Positions 46,103-59,300 of a DNA stretch of 64,000 nt are shown one piece after another. Both the position numbers and the translations under genes were made by a program. The stretch's first letter is position 1. Each line of letters starts with the position of its first letter. The notes under the pieces were generated by a model. That model was not told the origin of the DNA, ran no database searches, and worked only from the letters and a program-made list of their open reading frames with translations. This stretch comes from Perkinsus olseni (taxonomy: Eukaryota): positions 1 through 64,000 of the forward strand of contig JABANN010000103.1 in assembly GCA_013115125.1 (NCBI GenBank). Reading direction: 5' to 3'.

Positions 46103-47712
46103 TCAGTGTAGTGCATAGACTGCCCTCACCACTGGCAGTTGCTGTAGTACCCTGGGACTTACTACCATGGCAGCAGATGAGGCAATCTTGTATGTTCCCT
46201 CTGGGCTACTACTGCTACTGCTTGCCTTCGCCCGTACCTTCACATTGCCAATCTGCAGGGTAGCCTGCCTAGTACAATCATCTGATGCATCACTTCTAAC
46301 CTTGTCAAGCTCAGCCTGATTCCTCCTCCTCGCGGGAATGGGCAGGGGGCTTGGATTTATCTATCGAGACGAGCCAGTTGTGCTACAACAGTTTCGCTAC
46401 TACAGTGTAGCGACTAGGTGGCCAGGAACCCTATATATCTAATCCCGCCAGAAGTACATAACAATTATCGTTCAGTTTTCGCCAAAGAACCATTGTTACG
46501 CACGTTTCTGGGCGAGACACGTACGCTAAACCAGACTTCGCCAGATACTAGAAATTTTCGAATAGGACGCGTGCTTCAGTCCGTGCAAGCTCATCTGCGA
46601 TCAAGTTTCATTACTCGGCTCGACGCGCATACACGCCATGACGCGCACCCTAAGACGAGAGCTCACATAATCGTTGCTCCCCCCGCCATCTATCTCTTCG
46701 TCAGAACTGCACAGGTCAACCTGGCAACCAAAAAGAGCTCTGGTGTACCCCTCCATTGGATCCTACCAAACTGCACTGGTCTTCGTCTGGCTGTGTGTAA
46801 TCAACTTCGCCGTCGACAACCTCGCTCTTCACGACGAGGTCCGCTCTGAAGGAGCCGTACTGTAAGTAAGAGACGCCGAAGCCCTCACGCTTTCAAGGGC
46901 TGTAGTGGCGGCGCCCTGACGTCTCTCGATCCGTTCCTGAGATAGATAAGTATGTAACGGCGTATTCGTCATCTCATTAAAACAGCTTCTCGAGTTCTAC
47001 CCGTTCTCATGACAATCGCACGTGTCCCAGTGGACCTGGATATGGCTGAGCTTCTGGAACGATACAGAGCACTGGAGGCAGAAGAAGTACCCCAGCGGAC
47101 CTGAGAGTAAGCCCAGTATATCAGAGCCCCTCAGCCGAAGCGTAGCCATGCTCAAATGGTCGCGACAAGCAAATCAAAAGAACGACGAAACCCATAATTC
47201 AGGGAATCGCGGCCTCTTCCGGTCGATAGCAGACAGCGTGTTTCAAAGCGACCCCTCTTCAGCTGAGCCCACGACGGGCTTGTTCTGTCTATAAGGAGTA
47301 CTGCCAGGTGCGAGTCGTAGCCCATTAAGCAGGGGCATAGCGCTTCCGTTCGACCCCGACTACATTTATGTCCATCTCTATCACACAGCATGCTCTGGTT
47401 ATCCAGTGAGCATAAAACCGCGCACTCAGCAGCCATCCTATCTTGAATGTCTTGGTTCAGCTCACTTTGCCCTGAACTTTGATCGTGATGGTCAGCAGTA
47501 CCATTGTCGTTTTGCAACCACCAGCCATCCAATCTTCCCGCCCTTCCCCCGTTGCTGGCTCCGATGCTCCCGCTCCGCAGACAATCATGTCAGAAACAAC
47601 TAAGCTTTGACCGTAACCGTACATCACTCGAACACGCCGAGAAATCACACTACCCCGATGACCTTAGCCCCCCGGGTATCAGTTCAGGTAGAGACGCGAC
47701 GATCAAGCCCAT
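46103..47712 (-). CDS. Spliced hypothetical protein with one zinc-finger-like motif
   Basis: Exon GYFFCLQCSVSFQKLSHIQVHWDTCDCH (~47010-47100) plus other short exons; limits approximate. Confidence 0.35.
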
Positions 47713-48320
47713 GGCTCGTTCCAACGAAGCGCAAACGATTTCGCGAAAGCAGTGTTTATAACCAGTTAGCATCTCAATGAAAGCAGTTAGACGACAGCGC
47801 CCACTCAAGAGCAGCCGACGTAATCCGCAAGATTTGTTAGGTATGCCCTTAAACGATCATCTTGCGCACGTGCTACCCTCACGAGAGCATTGCGATTTTT
47901 CAAGGAGGCAAGTTGCGCTCTTTCGAAATTGCCAGGATGCTCCCGTGATAGTGCCAGCGAACCTCAGCCAGACTCGTCTTTCCAAGATGGCCTTATCTGT
48001 GAACCGTCCAAATGCAATTCTCTCATGACGATAACCTCTGAGAGCGCCTGCGACTTGCGATAGTCGCGGAATGGTCACGTGAGAAGCTATTACGACTGGT
48101 ACGAAGTGAACTGGTGTCACGGTAATGATGGAGACAGTACACACTAGTGACGCGACTTACGTCACGTGAGTATCAAATTCGACCCACGTTTATACCTACA
48201 ACTGCACGGGCTCTTCGAGGGGCTTGAAATAGTGCTAACTCGACAGTGACCTCTACTGCGAAACTCATTAGAAAAAGTCTGGTTGCTCATAAATTATAAG
48301 AACATGATTCGTTCACAATA

Positions 48321-51300
48321 CTAGTGGTGGAATAGCCTCAGGTTTGAGAAAGCCATTGCCATCGAGTATCTGACAGAGATCAGGATAAGAGAAGCAGCTT
48401 GTAAATGCCTGGACGCCTCGCATAGATGGGATCACCGCCTTACTGATCGCAAGCCTCTATGACCTCGGCATCAGCAACTGATCCACCAGGCTGGACCACG
48501 CTGGTCACTCCGTAGCGGCTGCAAACATCAATGGAGTCACTGACACAGAAGAGGAAGCTTTGGTAGAGAAGCACGAGCATTTATCGCGAATCGTTAATAA
48601 AAGCTCGTAACGCGCGGAGCTACCGGAACGGGAAGAATGCATCACTGGACACAGCGACGCCGGTCAAAATCTTCAGGAAGTCAGCCTTCTCCACATCAGT
48701 CAGAGGCTCTGGTACCTGGTTCAAACCTTATCGAAGACGCGGTGGGCGTGTTCAACTAATTTGAGGGCTACAAGCTATCCCCGTTAGCAGAAGGAAGCGG
48801 AGGAACGAACTGGCATCTTGACGAAAAGCTCACATCGGTGGGTTCGAAATTGTCAGCCTTCCACTTGGAATACTCCAGTTCGCTCATATCTCCCTCGATA
48901 TACCTATAGTTTGCAGCCGGTCATTTCAACTAGCGGTCAGTGGGTATTCTCACCTCACACGAGCATTAACACGACTCTGTTTCTTGACGCCGCTTTTAAA
49001 CTTCAATCCCAATACTTTCGGGTGTTGGCGGTGCCACCAATTTTGGACCTGAGATGATTTTTGTCAAGGCGAGCGGTGTATCCGAGGGCTACGTCATATG
49101 TACCTTCCTAGCAGCCAGTTTGACGCAGTCTACGCGGCTCTGCTGGCCGGCCCCAATACCGATCATCATGCCATCCTTGCAAAAACCGACACTGTTACTT
49201 TGCGTATATCTAGTAAAGCCAATCGCAAGGCAGCTACCACTCGTAAATGAACATACTTCACAGCGATTGAGCACACAATAAGATCGATGATCTGTTCTTC
49301 GGTGAAGGCAGTAGATGTCTTCGTAACAATGTTCTCAAGATAGGACCTGACCACAATGAGAGCTCGACCGACACTCCGCATCTCCTGCTCACCGATCAAA
49401 AACGACATCGTTCCTTCTCTGCACAAGGCCAAGCCCACCCAAGGACCGAACTTCCATCTCAGGTGGTACAAAGTCGACGTTCCCATGAAGGATCACGAAT
49501 TTGCCTGAGCCATGGCGGTGAACAATAGCGGGCTCTCGATTCTACGTGGCGATCGTCGGACCAAGGACCACGCGCACTGGGTTTTAACCCTGGCGGCGCA
49601 TGTTCTCTCGACGCAAGACTCTCTAAGTCACCGCACTCACCTCCCTTCTTAGCCTGGAGGATATCATACGCATCTGGCTCGAATCCTGGTGCGATAATAC
49701 CGTCTGATACGTCCACCTTCAGTAAGCTCGCCAGCGAGACATCGACAGTCCCTGTGAACATGAAGTACTGGACCCAGGACACAACAGCAAGTGAACGAAC
49801 CGGACTCCAAGCCACTGTGCAAGCCGGAGACCTACTTGAGACCGCGACGAAGTCGCCAAAACTGCACATTGGATCTCCATTCCGGGAGCGAATATACGCC
49901 AGTGCCACAGGAGTCAAGCTTCCGCGTGCCGATGGAGCAACCTCATAGATGGAAGCTTCGTTACCTAACCAGGAATGGGTGCGCTCTGCTTGGCACCGAT
50001 AAAAATCTCACAGATGAGTCAGTGCTGTGTTCGCAAAGACTCACCTCGCAGCTCAGCACTCGCCACTGCGGCTCCAGCGGGACTCACATGTTTGAAACTG
50101 GCTGCCGCGGGGAGTCTGAGACCGGCGAAACAATGGAGATACAATCATCGTCGCGAAGATACCCCGTTGCTGCGTCCATTTCCTGGACCAGAAGCCAAGA
50201 GTTGATCGCATCGAGGAGATTTATATACCCCGGAGTTCCATTCAAAACCTGACACCGAGAAGAAGCGCCAGCTGATTTGTACACAGTCGCCGTTCAACTA
50301 GACAAGGACCTTGAACGGCATCTTCAAACCGTTGCCGACCACACTGCACATAGCCGCCGACTGCTGGTGAGGATTACATCCGTACTTCAGAGGCGAAACT
50401 ATGTCGAAGGCCTGAATAGAACAGAACGACGAATTACCAGCATCGTGGCTTCAGAGTGTACCGTCCTAAAGGGGCCCACGCCCACGAGTAAGAGCGGTAA
50501 GAACCTCGGGCGGCCCCGTTAGACGATTACACCCAACGATCAACACTCGATCTCAACCGTATAGCTCACACGTACCACATGATGAACGTTACCCAAACTT
50601 AAGCGAGTGCAACTCACTTGTGTTACGGACTCCAGGAAAGTTCCCCCCGAATCTTCATGCGAAGACATGTAGGAAGCTATCTTGCTGTCGTACCTGGGGC
50701 ATTGGAAACTAACGTGCCGTACATGCTCGGACGAGTCGTCCGGGACGACTACACCCGTGACGGGCCTCAATGGGAGTACACCAGTTCGAGAGTCAGAAGC
50801 ACCAGGCCACTGGATAGGACACCATGGCAAGGTACACTTGCTATTCTTTCTATCAGCAGCTTGGCGCAGTGGATAGCGTGTTGGGCTCATAACCCAAAGG
50901 TCCCTTGATCGAAACAAGGAGCTGCTATTTCTTGCGAATTTTTTTTCACCTTGCCGTCAAACCGAAAGCTTTGCATGCCATGCGTCTACGGAAGTCCGGA
51001 GTAGTGCACCTGATCTCAGACTCCCGTGTCCTGGCAGACATCAATCACGGAAGCTACCCGTTGTTTGTTCCGAGCTCCTTGGCGAACTCCTCATAATCAG
51101 ACGGGCTGGTGAGGACGCAGACTCCATGAGAGTTCTTCGCGGCTGCGCGGATCTGAACATCCGGGTCGCGCTAGCACGAATTCTCTCGCCATTCATGTAC
51201 AGTTCTGACCCCAGTTTCTCACCATGCACGGACCCCCGATGTCGATGTTCTCGATGCAGGCCGATAGGCTTGATGCCATGGACGCAACTGCGCTTTCGAA

Positions 51301-51922
51301 GGGGTACCTCAACCGAAACGGGACGACCAACATTTTTCGGGACCGAACGAGTGGCAAGTTTATCGGCTCACAGATTAACAACTACGAGATCGATCTTCTC
51401 AATCCCATGTTTAGCAAGCTGTTTCTCGTGAGAATCGTTGCCTCTCACCGATAACAGTGCTCCATGCACCTAACAGCACACTCCCAGCAACAGGATCTAC
51501 TATGAAGAAGGCCTAGTGCTAACACGCACACTCTGACTCCGGTCAACAAGCTCGCGCTGTGCACTCATCGATAGCCTAGGGCTGAGCTACGCGAATCGCC
51601 TCACTTTAGGGTGCAGGGTTTTAACTCTGCCATCAAGGATCTCGGGGAATCCGGTGTAGTCCTTAACGTCCATAACCGAGCAGCCGAGCTCCTTCATCTT
51701 TTTAGCGGTACCGCCCGTGGAAAGTATCTAGGAAGCTTCCATTTCTGAGTGGACTGTGAGAACGCATACCCTCACCTTGACCCCGTAGCTCGCCAGACAT
51801 TCCCCAAAAGCGTCTAAACCGGTTTTGTCATAGACAGACACCAACGCAGTCTTCACTGTTATCGGAATAGCATCGTCAGTGCCGGTCACAGCTTCCAGAA
51901 TGCCGTTTCCCTCACCGGTCAT
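48321..51922 (-). CDS. purH: Bifunctional AICAR transformylase / IMP cyclohydrolase
   Basis: [136 protein letters not shown]. Confidence 0.97.
50855..50927 (+). tRNA. trnM: Initiator tRNA-Met(CAT)
   Basis: AGCAGCT...TTGGG CTCATAA CCCAA...CCTTG ATCGAAA CAAGG AGCTGCT A: A1-U72 pair, three G-C pairs in the anticodon stem and an AUCGAAA T-loop, all eukaryotic initiator hallmarks. Confidence 0.97.
50939..50946 (+). terminator. Pol III oligo-T terminator of tRNA-iMet
   Basis: T8 run starting 12 nt after the tRNA 3' end. Confidence 0.75.
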
Positions 51923-53061
51923 TGTTACGGGGATACTATTCCAAGAATTGGTCACGAGGGGGAAATGTGGTTTGCGGCGGGAGCGCACGAATGCGTTCGT
52001 TGTGTAAAGAGTATTCGGCGCACGATCGTGCCACTAGTCTAATAACCACGCACCAAATGCGATTGCCAAACTTCCAACCCGATTTATTCATAATGAAATA
52101 AAAGCGTTCTCGCCCTTATGCTCTCCAGACAGGAGGCACTGCAACGCCGCTCCCCAACAAGCGTGTACATTTAAAACTGACCTGATTCAGCCAACAGATG
52201 CACGACAATGGAAGGCGGTCTTCCGCCGAAATAGCTGCTTGAATGTGCTTAGAATGTTTGAAACTGTCATGATCACAATGGCATATGGAAGGGCATCGAA
52301 GACGAGCCCACTCCATCATTGAGACAGCTGAAACTGGAACTAAATAATACTTCAAACTCTCGAATCGGAAGATACAGCTATTGTTGCCCTACGCTAATGT
52401 CTACCATCACATTCAATATAACTCGCATCCGCATCCAAAAAGCCCTACTTCCGAAGACAACCAACCGGTGATAGAGATCCAGCCAGCATTATAATGGCAA
52501 AGCAGTGAGCCGTATACAATCTTACATACCACGTCAGCTGAGCCCTACCGCAGCAATAGTGAAGGAGCGCTCGAAAAAGAGATCTATTCGCTGAACAGAG
52601 CAGCGAGTACACCTCCAAGCGAAAACATCGTTGCATCACTGCTTCAAAAAAAGCATACAGTTTGCGCGGTCTCGACAACTAGGTTGAAAAATAGAAAAAC
52701 GTTACCAGCTGATACATACTACAGACAACACGACGGTGTTTGAAGAAATAACGCGCAACAAAATTTTCAAAAAACGATATCGACTGGTCTATGCGGTGCG
52801 CTTGGGCACAGCTAACCACAGTAGTTCACAACAAATAGTACTTGACCAGCATCATTAACAGCAATAGGGGTACACTCCCAGTTCGACTCACGACTCTAAC
52901 AGAACTTGAAAAAAGAAGGAAATATTGCCTCGTCTGTTGGCAGCAGGAATAAAGGAGGTAAAAAGGACCAACGAAAGGCACGGAAATATCTTCCAAAGAC
53001 ATCGATGAGGTAGTGGCCTCTACTCACTCTATCTGCCACGACCTTAAATGTAAAAAACGGT

Positions 53062-55193
53062 TTAACGTGAAAATTCTCGGGATAACGGTATGCTAGTGGG
53101 CACAGAGCCTACTTTTGGCAGTACTCGCGCTTCTCCTGGTGTGGTGCGAGGGGGAGATCTAGGGGGCTTGCCTCCAACGACACCATTAGGAGGACTACCG
53201 GGGATACTGCAGTAGCTTCTTACGGTGCTCCCCGACGCTACGCGTGACGGCGGGGTATACATAGAAAGATCGGACGAGCGTCCCAGGCTGTTGATGTAGT
53301 TCATTGTTGCTCTAGTTGGTCGCTGCCCACGTAGACGCTGGAGCCTGACCGATGATCGACTCATCGAAGACAACAGACGTCGAGCGGAGCAACTCTCGAG
53401 TGTCTAGATTGAAATTCGTGCACGAGTTCATCCTGGCACGGGCCACGTGCGGATCACAAGTCGATTGAAAGACACAGTGAGCTGTCGCGAGGTCATAGCG
53501 CGTTTGAGCACTACTTGAATATTTTAAAGGGGATACGAGTCGCACAGGCTCAGCGGACGCTGGAAGCCCCTATTGGGGAGGCTACGAGCTCTCCTGCCCA
53601 TAAGGCCCACCTGTAGTATGCAAGAATGCATCTTTTCACGTCATTCATATCTTTCTCAGTAGCCCGATACATGCAGACTGGGAGAGGCGTCTCAATTTCC
53701 ACCAGACATGATCTTCTCGGCAAAGGCGGCGTGACTCCGACGGCCGTATCCTCTTTGGTGGACGAGGAGCCGACAGAGGACGCAGAACCACGAGCACCTG
53801 ACAATCAAATCGTCGTCTCCTCTCATAGCCTCATGAACCAACAGCGTCAAAAAGTTACCAAGGACGCTGTCATGCATGATCGCAGCGTAGAAGAGCTCTG
53901 CACGCTCGCCCGAACTTAGTGTCGGGACTAGAGCGCCCGCGTACTTGAAGTGCAGCTACTGTTTCTCTTTCCAGCTTCGCAGTCCTCTCCATCACAGTCG
54001 CGACTGCTAGGAGGCGTCACCACAACAGCAGCAGTAGACACCTCGGCAGCAGGCGGAACGACCGAGCCCATGGCGCAGAGCAAACCAACTGTGAGCATGC
54101 AGAGCGGAGCGTAACCAATGGCGACCACTCTCATGCAAGATATCAGTGATGAGCGACATCGCGCCATTGAGATCTGCACGACATAGCTACGACCAACTGG
54201 GAGAACGTTCTCTCTGTAGCATCGATGTGATATTGGTTGACACTTCCGCAAAGAGAACTTAGCGGGCGGCTAGAAAACCAATCGAGCGCCCCCAAAGAGT
54301 GACAGCTTCAACCAGCGTTTACAGCCTCAGAGAACCTTGAGAACGATCAGATAACCGTCATCAGCATCCGGAGCACCCTCTCATGCGAATTCTGCCAGGT
54401 TAATCGGCAAAACCTCTCATCTGCACGCTGATTCCACCCGCGCACCCAGACCCTGTCAATAACCGCATGGCTTGCCCTTAGTAAGAACAAGCAGGGAAGC
54501 AAAACCAAACGTGACTGGCATTCCGGCAAGTGAAACTTCATCTTAGAGAGCTTAGCTCATAAGCCGGCCCTGGACGCGGCTGCGGCACTAAGCATCAACA
54601 ACAAACCCGACATCATCAGCATCAATGCCATCGAATGGTCCCAGCTACCTAACAAAGACTAGCAGAGAAAACATACGCCGCTCTCCGGCACCTACCGATC
54701 ACGGGTAGCATACCAGGGATCAGCTGCACCGGAAGTTGCCGATAGCACTTACCTCCCACTACGAGGCACAAGCCCGTACCTAGGCAAGAACGCCATCGAT
54801 AGTACGCCGCTCCGATACTAGTAAAGTGACTAAGTACAGCCCACCAGGGGTAGAGCAACTACTAGTGCGGATACCGGATGGCCCTCATGCTCCCCGAGTT
54901 CTGAACCCCTGGCTCTCCCGCAGACGTTGTGATCTTGAACAGAGCCCAGCTCAGTTTGAGACAATCGCAAAGGGCGATTGAGGGGCCAGACAGATGTGAA
55001 CCGGGAAGCGGTGAACAAAGCAGAAATGATATTGAGCAGCAGTGCTGCTGCAGCACTCACTCGCAAGTAGCCGACTGAGGCTCTTGTCAGTCGCCAGTTC
55101 TACGAGACCTGGTACGTTCATGGACCAAGTGAGCTCCACCATATCGTCTGCCTTAACCAGACTGTACCACATCGACGGCAAACTCGCTATGAC
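53062..55193 (-). CDS. Spliced hypothetical multi-pass membrane protein (weak nucleotide-sugar-transporter flavour) with soluble C-tail; may be two genes
   Basis: Hydrophobic exons (LLLNIISALFTA, DCLKLSWALFK, ALMLMMSGLLLMLSA, PLCMLTVGLLCAMG), then soluble exons (CMYRATEKDMNDVKRCILAYYR). Confidence 0.35.
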
Positions 55194-56337
55194 ATACAGT
55201 AATATCTGAAAATCATCGAAGCATCATCGATGATCACCAATCGTCCCTCCCACAGCTTCTTTAACCAACCCTTGGACAGCGCTGGATAAAAGCCGGAGAA
55301 TCATAGTGGACTTGAGCGAACTGAAACCGAGTCTCGACATTCAACTCGGACGGTTTCTCTTGTTGGTATCCTGTGGCGAAGGCGACCTACGACGAAGGGG
55401 CTGCTACGGATCTTCCCCAACCGGCGGATACTCAACAGCACAACGTCGACCAACAGTGCTTAGCATCAATATTGTCAACCAAGGATATTCTTTTATCTCC
55501 GGCATACAGAATTATTCGACTCCGGAGCTCGGCATGGTGTCCGCAGAGAGGCATCCATTCCTGTCCCTTTTCCACGCCTCAACCCTGCCGGCAGCGTCCT
55601 TAGTACGGCTGTCCTCCACACCAGTCGAGTACGGAGCAATCCCCACCACAAGTAGCAAAATATCGCAGAGTAATTGAAAACAACACAACAGAACATTATT
55701 CCTTATGAAAGCACGTAACTCTGTAGAGCGGCGTTAAGAAAATTGTACATGATGCGCAACATGGCACAAAGCTAACAGCAGCCTTACCTTGGGGGTAGCA
55801 AGCCCCTCGCATGCTTCACCGAACAGATCTCGGACGCTGGTTACCATGGAGGTATTGAGTGACAGGCTGAAGCCCGAGGTAAGCCATGCTTTAAGTGAAA
55901 GGGGTCAGCAGTCCCCTAAGCAAGGATGCAACAACTCCGTAGCCCAGCTCGAAGAAATGAGAACAATATACCTAGAGAGCATATTTGGTTCAGCATTACA
56001 GCGCGTACGAGGACTGCGAGTTGGTACCGCTAGAAAAGCCCAACTCCCCGCAATCATCTCGTTATGTAGCTTTAGCCCACCCGGCTCAAGTCTCATTCGC
56101 TCAAAAGACGCCGATGGTGTCTTCCCCGCTCGATTAAAATATGAACTCTACAAAAATGCCTCGCCTGGACATGTTGTTCGTATTTTACTGACAAACTCCA
56201 ACGTGAGCCCATTACGGGAACAAACTGCTAATTAACTTGAGGACTCTCCTCCATCGTGCGGCCTCGTTCATAACAGTGCCTTCATTGAATAGTTAAATAC
56301 TCTGCTTCGTAATAAACGTTAGTTGCCACAGCACCCT

Positions 56338-59300
56338 TCATCTCCGCTCACAGGCCGCCTGGTGGGCCCTATCAATAACGCTATCGGACGTAGATGCCTT
56401 CTCGAGGATGTATTCAACAGCAGCGTCTACGGTTCCTCGGACTCTGAAAGCCTGAGCCACTTGGTCGTGCGGCCACCCAAACTCACGGCACACCTGCGAT
56501 AACTCTATATCCAACTCAAGCGATATAAGAGACCGCTACTAACCTGCTCAATTTTCGCTCTATTGTCTCGGTCAGTCAATCGATTGAGACTCTCGATACT
56601 GATAGGTTCTTCATCCTGAGTACACTCCCATGGCACCGTCGCTCTAGTACGCCGCGAACGATGCGGGATACTCACATAGAAACGATTGGAATTCCGCGAC
56701 TCAAGTTTGGACAAAGCAACCGCTGCTGCTAGATCTGGGTCCATCTCTACCGACGAGTTCGAATAACCTTCTTCCTGAAAAGAGCTCAGTTGGAGGAGGC
56801 AAACCTATAAGTAGCCAAAGAATGATATACGACTAATGATTAGAATCGACCAAATCATACTCTAATTGAACAAAGCATGCATCCCTAAGATTGTCGCCAG
56901 ATTCGTCGCACAGGAGCCGTGCATTCCATCCGAATACAGCGAGTACAACGTCGAAGAGCTGCTTCTTTAGAGCCGCGAATAGCGGCGACATAGTTGCCTG
57001 TATTCTCGGCAATGGAAAAAGCGGGTTATGAGTTGCAAGCAAGTCATCCACGGAGAGCGTATGCCTCATGGTTATAGACCGTAACAGATGCTCGAGTGAC
57101 TAAAAAGCCTACCTGTATAGTCTGGTTCTGTATACTGGACCTATCGTACCCAGTGATCATGTGGTTGAACTGGAATGCACTGTTCTCCAGAGATTGACTG
57201 AAACACGCATCCACCCTGCGATGCCTCCAGCCTATGAGCATCACCTACTCTGGTATGCCCACTGGCGCTCTGGTCTGAGCTGCTGGCGACTGCCGGGGGC
57301 GTATGGTTACGTGCTCCATTCGATGGTACGACACCGAATCCTGAAAGACAAATGCAAAGAGTTCACAGTGAAGGACAACTCAATTGGCTAGCCCATGCAG
57401 TGATCTTCAGCTAACCTCCCCTCTGCGGCAGAGTAAAGGACGAATTCTGCATCCGTGACCTTTTCTTACACTGTAACGGCTACAGATAAACTCATTTAGC
57501 GCATTCTGCGGCGTTTCCAGACTTATGCGCTTTCGTTCGAGTTGCAACTTACATTAACAGACTTATCAGAGGCACTTTGATGCGGATGGACGCTGCGGAT
57601 CACGCGTACTCCCGACTCTCCGCTGTCTCCGTGTTGAAAACTGGACGCAGGACTGACTCTGTTATGCTGCTGTACTGGTGTGCTCGAGGCACTAAAGGGC
57701 GATCAATGGAAGTCCGGAAACGGGAGAGAGCCGTCCGAGAGAGCATGGGACAAATCCTCGTGAGCTTATATGAGTGGCGATAAGCCGATAAGTTGGTCAA
57801 GCAACCATCATTAGCTATATCCGGCACGATCATCACCATCGCGTTACTCGTCCTCACCTGCTCGTCGGCGTTTCCGAAGGACCTCCGCGAGATACGATAT
57901 GTCCCGGAACTTGAGAGTAGCAAATCGGAGTACCACCGCCTGCCGCTGCGGAGGTACTGAACGCCAGCAAAGCACGTGCAAGTAAGTGAGGAGCGCTTTA
58001 GGATGCACCAGAAGGAGAACCAAACCCGAGATTGAATCTTGGAGATTCATCTACAGATGACCGATTCTGCATATACTAATCTGGAACCACGATCTATGAA
58101 GCGGGCGAGTAATTTATTCTTCGAAATCCGCTCGACCACTCTTGCCGCATCGATGGCCATCGCTACCACCGTTACTCTCAGGTCTCTAACCAACAACTCA
58201 TTACCCTCGCGTGTCTGCTCTGTTGTGGTGAAGAATTCTCCTGTACTGTGACTGTGGCGACAACGACTGCCCAGCGAATGCCCTGGGTGGCTGGACGTAG
58301 CCAGCTCTCCGCTCGCCAGGGGCTTCACGGCGATAGACCACCACGCCCGGGTCTTGGGGCTGCCGCTGCCTGTGAACACTGTTACTACGGCGAGCCTGAG
58401 ATCATGCGCCACTGACAAATTCAATCTTCCCTGAAAAACTGGTCGCCCGAGAGGAGTCATCTGAGCTATCCTACAAAAACCTCCGGGACTCACCTCAGGC
58501 TGTTGGGCATCAACGGCAACTGGTGTTGGTGATCGGGTGGAGCTAGGGCGATGCGCCGCGGATGGTGGCGTTGACATTGCGGCTCCTCCTTGCACCTGCC
58601 GAGTTGGCAGGTCGCTATTCGTCGCCAGTAACGACGAATAGCATCCCAGCGAGGCGCCGGGCTGCCGTCACCTGTTCGGCCTGACGTGCTATATGGCGTA
58701 GCTCAGCTACAATATCCACGAAACGCGGCCTAGACGACGAGATCGGCTCACGTTGGTCCACGCACCTGCAGTCGAGCGCATGATCAGTCAACTCAGTATA
58801 CGATGGCTACCTCAATGCCAGCATGATGAGAGCTCCAGTAATCGCTGGGTGATGCGGCCACTGAGCTCGTGGATCCAGCTGGTTCGCGATTCGAGCGCTG
58901 TCATCTACTTGGACCTGGTTAGCTTTCCTTGGCAACTCACGTATCTGGTGTTCAAGAGACCCACATTCTGGAAGTTGTGAAGTATTTGGCCAGTTGAAGG
59001 ATCCTGAACTGCTGGAGGACGAGCCGTAAGGAGCTCGATCAGCACCATGCCGAAGCTAACACGAAGACAAGAAAATACCCGCCGGTTAGGTATCATTGCC
59101 GTTACATACACTACCCCCTAACCATCTTCTAGGTACGAAATTCCGATGCACCACGTTCGACAAAATGCTGGCTCATGCTCTAGGCGAATCTCTCGGAGTA
59201 GTCTCCGAGATTCCTACCACGAACGGTCTCGGAGAAAAGCCCCCAGAGTATGCGTAGAACTAATAGGAAAGCACCGAAACAGAGAACTCATGCTTCGGAA

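Noticed and set aside
47141-47157. cgtagccatgctcaa resembles a spliced-leader relic
   Set aside because: Needs an internal deletion to align, and lies antisense within a putative gene rather than ahead of a start.
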